A DNA stretch of 64,000 nt from NCBI GenBank assembly GCA_964016885.1, contig OZ024754.1:4960001-5024000 (forward strand), read 5' to 3'. Below, one piece after another: positions 55,317 to 64,000 of the stretch (position 1 is the first letter of the stretch; the number at the start of each line of letters is the position of its first letter). The DNA is from Eledone cirrhosa. Taxonomy: Eukaryota. The notes under the pieces were generated by a model. It ran no database searches. It saw only the letters and a program-made list of their open reading frames with translations, and was not told the DNA's origin. Both the position numbers and the translations under genes were made by a program.

Positions 55317-56573
55317 TCTCTATTCATCTGCTGTGAATGAAAATCTCAAACCTTCTGACTCCAGTGTTCTCTGCAATTAATCCATTTTTCTATTCTTTCC
55401 CTCTCACTCTCTCTATCTCTCACATATTCTCTCATACTCCCTTTCTATCTCTCACATACTCTCTCATACTCCCACTCTATCTCTCTCAAGCCTCTCTCGC
55501 TGTCTCTCTCTGCCTCCATCACTGCTAGCCAAACTGTATTTTGTGAAGTTTCAAGTAATCAATAAAAATGCTGTTTTCTACTCAATATAGGTCAGCATGA
55601 CATAAAGCATAACAGAAATATAGTTGTTGTTTTTTTCCTTATTATGTTCATGGTCTTGCTGTTGTTGTTGTGTGTGCTTTACTTTGCTTTTGTCACCATC
55701 ACTACCACCCACCCACTTACATCCACACCCATCCACCCCTTCAAGAACCAGCTCCACCCCACCTCACCCTACCTCCACCTCTACCCGGTGCTTTGTTTGT
55801 TTTTGTTGTTTTTTTCTCGTTCTTCTCTGTTTTTTCTTCTTTCTTGTCTTATCCATCTTTATTTGTTGTTGGGGTTTTTTTTTTTTGTGTGTGTGTGTTT
55901 TCTTTTGGCTTCTGTTTATTTTTTTCTTTCTTTCTCAACACCCCCTCCCATCCTCACCCTCATCTTCACTATATCTGTCCCCACCATCTCTGTCCCCATC
56001 CACCCCTCTCTCCACTATCTCTGTCCCCACCCACCCCTCTCCACTATCTCTGTCCCCACCCACCCCTCTCCACCATCTCTGTCCCCACCTACCCTCCTCT
56101 CCACTATCTCTGTCCCCACCACCCTCCTCTCCACTATCTCTCTCTTCCCCGACTCACCTCCATCATTTCATTTTCTAGACACTGCGTGTGTATGTGTCCC
56201 ACTGTCCATGCATGCATGCATGTGTGTGTGTATGTATGTATGTATCTGTATGTGTGTATGTATGTATCTGTATGTGTGTGTGTCAGGGAGGGGAGGAGGT
56301 CTTTGTTTATTTTTTCCCTTCTACTCATATTTTTCTCTATTGCATTCTTTTTTCATTTTTTTAACACACACATATATATATATATGTATATATATATTTA
56401 TATATACACACACACATACATATATATACATATATATATATACACACACACACACATACAACCACATATATCCATACACAACCACATATATCCATACATA
56501 CAACCACATATATACACACACATATATCCATACATACAACCACATATATACACACACACATACATACATACAT

Positions 56574-56650
<77 letters not shown>

Positions 56651-57439
56651 TACATACAACCACATATATCCATATACTTACACACACATATATAAATATA
56701 TATATATATATACATACATACATACATACATACAATGTCTTTCCACTATTTCATAACTTCCAATTTGTATATTAATTTTTTTTTAATGTTTGGGATATAT
56801 AATATATATATATACATACACATATACACACCTCCCTATATACATACTTACATACAGATAGAGGAACAAGCATATATACACATACCTACCACCCTACATA
56901 TATACTTACATTTAGATAGAGGGACAAGCTTATATACACACACACACAAGCACATGTTTTATTTACTATATTTACATCATATATATACACACACAAGCAC
57001 ATGTTTTATTTACTATATATACATCATCATATATATACACACACACAAGCACGTTTTATTTACTATATATACATCATCATATATATACACACACACAAGC
57101 ACATGTTTTATTTACTATATATATACATCAAGATATATATTTTTTCAAACTAATTTCATATTGTGAAGATACTTTTCTTCCACAAGAAGTGTGTGTATAT
57201 ATATATATATATATATGTTAGAGTAGTGTCTGTGTGTTGATGTGTGTGTATATGTATGTTGTTGTGATGTCTATGTATGTAAGTATGTGTGTATATATAT
57301 ATGTATGTGTATGTGTGTGTGTGTGTTGGTATATTTTAGGTTTCCTTCAAAACCTTGAATTCCAAGAAAGATATATTTTTTATTGATTCAATTTATTCAA
57401 GTTAGTTTTTAGATAAAACATAGATATATGTGGATGATG

Positions 57440-57481
<42 letters not shown>

Positions 57482-57521
57482 TCATCCACATGTATATATA
57501 TATATACATCATCCACATATA

Positions 57522-57573
<52 letters not shown>

Positions 57574-58007
57574 AATATATACATATATATATGTGTGTAT
57601 GTAAGTATAAAATTTCATTTTATTTTCATATGTAAATTTAATATACATCATTGTATGAAATATATATAATACTTCACTTGAATATGTGCAATGTTGTTTA
57701 TGCTTGTGGATGGAGCGAGACTGATATGTTTTATATATCGGATATATATATGTATCATCATCATCATCATAATCATTTTACGTCTGCTTTTCCCTGCTTG
57801 CAAGGGTATATATATATGTATATATATGTATATATATATATATATATATATTTACACAGATATACATATATACATACAAATGCAAACACACACACACACA
57901 CACGTATACATATATACACACACACACACACACGTATACATATATACACACACACACACACATAAATATATATTTACACACATACATATATATACATACA
58001 AATACAA

Positions 58008-58050
<43 letters not shown>

Positions 58051-58369
58051 CACAGATGTAAGATTCTTCTTCTATACAATAATATCCAAAGTAGCCTATT
58101 GAAAAGCTTTCAGAAGATTCGTCCATGACCCTCCACCTGGTCATGCTTCAATTCTTCCCCCACCCCACCCCACTCCCTCCACGACCCTCTGCCCCGCTCC
58201 CTCCCGCCACCAAAAATGGATAAATATATTAAACCCAGCCATGCTTTTGTGTGAAACTAATTTATCCTCGTATACATATGTAGAAATAATCCAATGTAAT
58301 ATAGAAATGTCTATTATATGTATGTGTGTATATATGTATGTATATATGTATATACATCATCCACATATA

Positions 58370-58403
<34 letters not shown>

Positions 58404-58429
58404 AATATATACATATATATATTATATAT

Positions 58430-58469
<40 letters not shown>

Positions 58470-58470
58470 G

Positions 58471-58654
58471 TAGGTCCCGGGTTGAGTCGGGAATAACCAC
58501 AGTAAGTAAGGTACTCAATACATGGCAGAGTAAAATTTTTTTATTTTATAGAAGGAGCTTCTACAGGACTAGTACTGTTTCATTCAGATGAAATCTTCAT
58601 GAGCTTCCTGAAGATTTCATCTGAATGAAACAGTACTAGTCCTGTAGAAGCTTC

Positions 58655-58660
<6 letters not shown>
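58471..58660 (-). mobile_element. HH-A subfamily element with two HHR copies in inverted orientation
   Basis: Long arm 58471-58600 (minus) and short arm 58601-58660 (plus), with (TA)n on both sides. Confidence 0.88.
58602..58652 (+). ncRNA. Type I hammerhead ribozyme motif (complete core)
   Basis: AGCTTC-CTGAAGA-T-TTC-ATCT-GAA-T-GAAA-CAG-TACTAGTC-CTG-TA-GAAGCT. Predicted cleavage 3' of 58646. Confidence 0.85.
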
Positions 58661-58698
<38 letters not shown>

Positions 58699-59867
58699 AC
58701 ATATATATGTGTGTGTTTGTGTGTCTATATATATGTGTATGTATATACACATATATATATACATATATCCTACAATATTCCATTCGATTCTATTCAAGGA
58801 TTTGAAAATCTCTGGCAACCATTCTCTGTCATGTATTATGTATGATACTGACTCCCCTTTGAATATGTAATGGCACTACAGTTGAGCCTAGCATATTACT
58901 GGTATATATGTTGCCTTTTATTTTATGTTTTACAATAAATGACTGAGCCATGTTTGAGTTTTGAAATCTGGAACCATTCAAATTGTCATTCTCTGATAAA
59001 CCCTTTAGCATTTAAACCCTTTAGCATTTAAACCCTTTAGCATTTAAACCGGCTGCATCCGGCCAGAATTCTTTCACCTCTTCCTGTTGAAACCAGCTGT
59101 AACTGGCTGCATATACTGATGTTAAGGTAGTGTTCTCAACATAAATATTAAAATCTCACTGATTCGATATTATGTGAGGTAAAGGTAAAGCCGTTACCCT
59201 AAAAATACAATAGTAAGTATAGAGTAATGTAAATGATAAAGAATTAAGTGATAAAAACTATTTCTAATTTTGGCCAAAGGCCAGCAATTTTTTGTGTTGG
59301 AGATCAAAGTGAAATAAAACAACTCAGTACTTGACTGCTACTTTATTTTGTCCTCCCTGGAAAAATGAAAGCCATAATTGACCTCCAATTATTTAAATCT
59401 GTAACTAAATACCACAAACCATTTTACCTTAAGCTCAACCGAATGTGGTGTCCTACTGCTCTTAATTAAATAATTAAATATTTTGTTAATTTTCTCACAA
59501 TTCTTCATTAATTAATTAAAACAAGTATCTATTTCATTAGAAATATGGTCATAGAAATGTAGACTATTAATTACTTAATTTAGTAGCTCCAGATGTATGA
59601 TAGGTGAAGCTGACCTAGGATTTGAACTCCCACGCTACCATATTCCTAATGAAAGACACAGCTTTGGGTTTTCAAATAATTTCTAGTATTTAGTAGCTCC
59701 AGATGTATGAAAGATGAAGACTGACCCAAGATTTGAGCTCTCATGTTACCATATTCCTAATAAAAGACACTGCCTTTGATTTTCAAATAATTTTGAAAGT
59801 TATCTAGAAGTTCAATGTATTTTAGTAATGTATCTAACTTTCTTGTTATTAAATCTGATGTTTGAAG

Positions 59868-60010
59868 CTTATGGTCGCCTTCGAGAGCTCGAGCGTCCTT
59901 GCACTCCGTACTGCCGAGCGCCTCTGCAAGATCAGAACGTCAGCATCTCATCTGCGAGGTGGGGTGTCTCTTGCGGTGGGTCTCTCTGGCCATTGTCAGT
60001 GGGAATACTG
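59868..60010 (+). mobile_element. Fragment of a CRE/NeSL-like retrotransposon restriction-like endonuclease C-terminus
   Basis: GC-rich island translating VAFESSSVLALRTAERLCKI, then after a frameshift EVGCLLRWVSLAIVSGN, similar to the ExxGxxG...QRxSxAxxRGN motif. Confidence 0.55.
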
Positions 60011-60517
60011 AAACTACTGAAAAATTACACACACACACACTGTTATATGTATGGGTATTTATTTCAACATTAGGTATGTTCGCTGGCAGGCCATTATCAT
60101 GGAGGATCGGACACCATGCTTTGCAGCATAGAGTTACGGCCCTTTATGGTCTGAGTTCAAATCCCGTTGAGGTTAACTTTGCCTTTTATCCTTATGGGGA
60201 TGGATAAAATAAAGTACCAGTAATGTACTGGGATAATTGCTGGCCTTGTGCCCAAAGTAGAAACAATTATTATGGACTGTTGAGGTGAAATGGGCGGTGA
60301 ATTGGCAATATCGGTAGAGTGTTGGACACCCACCATGCTTTCTAGCATAGAGTTACGTCCCTTTACAATTATTATGGACTGTTGAGCCAGGCCACCATTA
60401 TAGGGCCACTATCAAGTATGTCTATTAAAATTGTTCTGTTTCCTCTGTCTTTTGTGTGAATGTCACATCTGTTGAGATTGTCATGGTTTTAGTAATCAGG
60501 GGTTGGGACTAATGGCT

Positions 60518-61380
60518 GTGTGTGTGTGTGTGTGTGTGTGTAAGTGACTGTGTGTGTGTGACTCTATGACTGTCTGTGTGTGCGTGTGTATGTGTGTGTG
60601 TGTGTAAGTGACTGTGTGTGTGTGACTCTATGACTGTCTGTGTGTGCGTGTGTGTGTGTGTGTGTGTGTGAGTGACTGTGTGTGTGTGACTCTATGACTG
60701 TCTGTGTGTGCGTGTGTATGTGTGTGTGTGTGTAAGTGACTGTGTGTGTGTGACTCTATGACTGTCTGTGTGTGCGTGTGTGTGTGTGTGTGTGTGTAAG
60801 TGACTGTGTGGTGTGTGACTCTATGACTGTCTGTGTGTGCGTGTGTATGTGTGTGTGTGTGTAAGTGACTGTGTGTGTGTGACTCTATGACTGTCTGTGT
60901 GTGCGTGTGTGTGTGTGTGTGTGTGTAAGTGACTGTGTGGTGTGTGACTCTATGACTGTCTGTGTGTGCGTGTGTATGTGTGTGTGTGTGTAAGTGACTG
61001 TGTGTGTGTGACTCTATGACTGTCTGTGTGTGCGTGTGTGTGTGTGTGTGTGTGTAAGTGACTGTGTGGTGTGTGACTCTATGACTGTCTGTGTGTGCGT
61101 GTGTATGTGTGTGTGTGTGTAAGTGACTGTGTGTGTGTGACTCTATGACTGTCTGTGTGTGCGTGTGTGTGTGTGTGTGTGTGTAAGTGACTGTGTGGTG
61201 TGTGACTCTATGACTGTCTGTGTGTGCGTGTGTATGTGTGTGTGTGTGTAAGTGACTGTGTGTGTGTGACTCTATGACTGTCTGTGTGTGCGTGTGTGTG
61301 TGTGTGTGTGTGTAAGTGACTGTGTGGTGTGTGACTCTATGACTGTCTGTGTGTGCGTGTGTATGTGTGTGTGTGAGTGT
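60518..61380. repeat. GT-rich minisatellite with 129-bp higher-order repeat
   Basis: Units of about 64 bp. A diagnostic GG variant recurs at 60810, 60939, 61068, 61197 and 61326. Confidence 0.93.
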
Positions 61381-61688
61381 GTACACTGGGTCACTTGGTA
61401 TTTCTTCCATTGTGTCTGGCCATGGTTTTAACCTAGATATTATGAAGAGATGCATGTATGTGTGTGTTTATATATATATATATATATGTGTCAGTGTGTA
61501 TGCGTTTATATATATATGTCAGTGTGTATGTGTATATATATATATATATATATGTCAGTATGTGTGTATATATATATGTCAGTATGTATGTGTATATATA
61601 TATATATATATATGTCAGTATGTATATATATATATATGTCAGTATGTGTGTATGTGTTTACATATATATGTCAGTGTGTATGTGTGTG

Positions 61689-61734
<46 letters not shown>

Positions 61735-61916
61735 TGTCAGTGTGTGTGTTTATATATATATATATATGTCAATGTGTATGTATATGTGTGTATATATATA
61801 TATCAGTATGTGTGTATATATGTATCAGTATGTGTGAGTATGTATATGTGTCAGTATGTATGTGTGTATGTATATATATATATGTATGTGTTTATATATA
61901 TATATGTCAGTATGCG

Positions 61917-61982
<66 letters not shown>

Positions 61983-61992
61983 AGTGTGTGTG

Positions 61993-62042
<50 letters not shown>

Positions 62043-62257
62043 AGTGTGTATATATAGTGTATAGCCTCTGACCTTCTTAAAAAGATGTGTCCCTCTCTAA
62101 ATTGTCTGTTAGTTGGTTAACACACACACATATATATATATATACAAACACACACACATATATATATATATATACAAACACACACATATATATATATACA
62201 CATACACACACATATTCATGCAAACATATCATCATTTAACAGTTTATTTCCCCTCTG

Positions 62258-62299
<42 letters not shown>

Positions 62300-62623
62300 T
62301 CACATACATTCTCCCATATACAGATACATTTATTACTCTCACACACATGTATAAAGCAACTTCATTTGAGGAGGAGGGGGGGGGTCAATCCCTACCCCTA
62401 CCACCCCCACCAGGAGCCCCACTGGTCCCTCTAAAACTGTAGTTTGACAGTTTAATTGTTATTTCATCATTTACCAACAAGGTTCATTCTTTAGTGTGGA
62501 ATTATGGTGGGGCAGGGGTCTCCTTGTTGATCCAAATATCCAACCGGCTGTCTGTCTGTGTGTTTGTATGTGTTTATATGTGTTTGTGTGCGTTTGTATT
62601 TGTATAATTGTGTATGTCTGTAT

Positions 62624-62654
<31 letters not shown>

Positions 62655-62789
62655 TTTGTTGGTGTGTGTGTGTATGTCTTTATTTATTTATTTATTTATT
62701 TATTTGTGTGTGTCTGTATGTGTGTGTGTGTGAATGTGTGTTTGTCTCTACACAGTTTCATTCCATCTACAACTTCTCTTTTTTGTTTT

Positions 62790-63105
62790 GGGATGGTGGT
62801 GGTGGTGGTGGTGTTGTTGGTGGTTGTAGTGTTGTTGGTGTTGGTGATTGTTGTGTTGTTGTTGGTGGTGGTGGCAGTGATTGTGGTGTTGGTGGTGGTT
62901 GTGTTGGTGGAGATGATTGTGGTGTTGATGGTGTTGGTGGTTGTGGTGTTGATGGTGGTGGTTGTGTTGGTGATGGTGATGATGGTTGTGTTGGTGGTGG
63001 TGATTGTGGTTGTGTTGGTGGTGGTGATTGTGGTTGTGTTGGTGGTGGTGATTGTGGTTGTGTTGGTGGTGGTGGTGGTTATTTTGATGGTGGTGTTGAT
63101 GTTGC
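62790..63105. repeat. (GGT/GTT/GAT)n trinucleotide array
   Basis: Mixed triplets giving spurious poly-V, poly-G and poly-T ORFs. Confidence 0.95.
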
Positions 63106-63498
63106 AGTCACTGTTCCCTACTAATACAGTTTTATATACACACACACACACACACACACACATACACTCATATATATTCACAACATTCACACATATATAC
63201 ACCAGTCACATATATACCTATATATATACACCATATATACCTATATATATATATATATATATATATACACCATATATACCTATATATATATATACACCAT
63301 ATATACATACATATATACACCATGTTCACACATATACCACTTAGATTATGTAAAAGGTCAGCATCCTTAATATATTTCACATTGGGTTTTTTTTTTCACA
63401 CTGTCATGGATTGGACTTTTGTGAGAGAGAGAAGGAAGGGGGGGGGGGAGAAGAGAGAGAGAGAGAGAGTGAAGGAATGAGAAGGGAATACAAAGTGA

Positions 63499-63535
<37 letters not shown>

Positions 63536-64000
63536 TGTGTGTGAAGTGATGAGAGGGAAATACAAAGTGAAGGAGAGAGAGTGAAGGAATGAGAGGGAAA
63601 TACAAAGTGAAGGGATGAGAGGGAAATAGGTAGACATAGAAAGTGAAGGAATGAGAGGGAGAGAGAACGAGAGAGTGAGGGAAAAATATAAAGAGAGAAA
63701 CTGTGCAGGACGAAGAGACAAATAGATAGATAGAGAGAGAGGGACAGTGAAGGAAGAAGAGGGAGAACTAGAGAGATAGAAAGAGAAGTAACACATTGCA
63801 GCCATCTTTGTTTTACCATGTCTAACTAGTTTCCCTATGAAAGACATTGACTGCTTTTCAAATTATTTTGAAAATAATCAAGAATTTTAAGAAAAATAAT
63901 ATGACTTAACTTTCTCATTATCTATCTGGTGCTTGGATCATAACTTAACAAAGGTTTTAAATAAAATTACAATTGCAAGGTTTAATTTTTGTTACTTGTT

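Noticed and set aside
62496-63344. Poly-Val, poly-Thr and poly-Gly ORFs (membrane- or mucin-like)
   Set aside because: Trinucleotide microsatellite flanked by other microsatellites, with no supporting exon structure.

Overview
AT-rich, microsatellite-saturated animal genomic DNA. The repeat families look like those of an octopod cephalopod; this is recognised from memory, not from a database search. No convincing protein-coding gene is visible, and nearly all long ORFs in the track are microsatellite or minisatellite artefacts. The window holds two tRNA-derived SINE families, TTAA-flanked (piggyBac-like), TA-flanked (Tc1/mariner-like) and hAT MITEs, decayed RTE, Tx1-like and CRE-like LINE fragments, and many tandem arrays. 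The main signal is a set of short elements inserted in (TA)n tracts that carry type I hammerhead ribozyme (HHR) motifs, often as asymmetric inverted repeats. Three cores are complete (41213-41263 minus, 58602-58652 plus, 48951-48994 minus), and there are more than 15 half or degenerate copies in at least four sequence families. Shared traits are a palindromic loop III, an unusual U-U juxtaposition closing stem II in two families, a GTATTGAGTAC motif in the 3' tails, and breakpoints clustered at the catalytic core. The best interpretation is 3' ends (pLTRs) of microsatellite-targeting Penelope-like retroelements or their non-autonomous derivatives. A few splice-signal-flanked candidate exons, including a 15-nt microexon at 8249-8263, suggest the window lies in large introns, but no gene could be identified.
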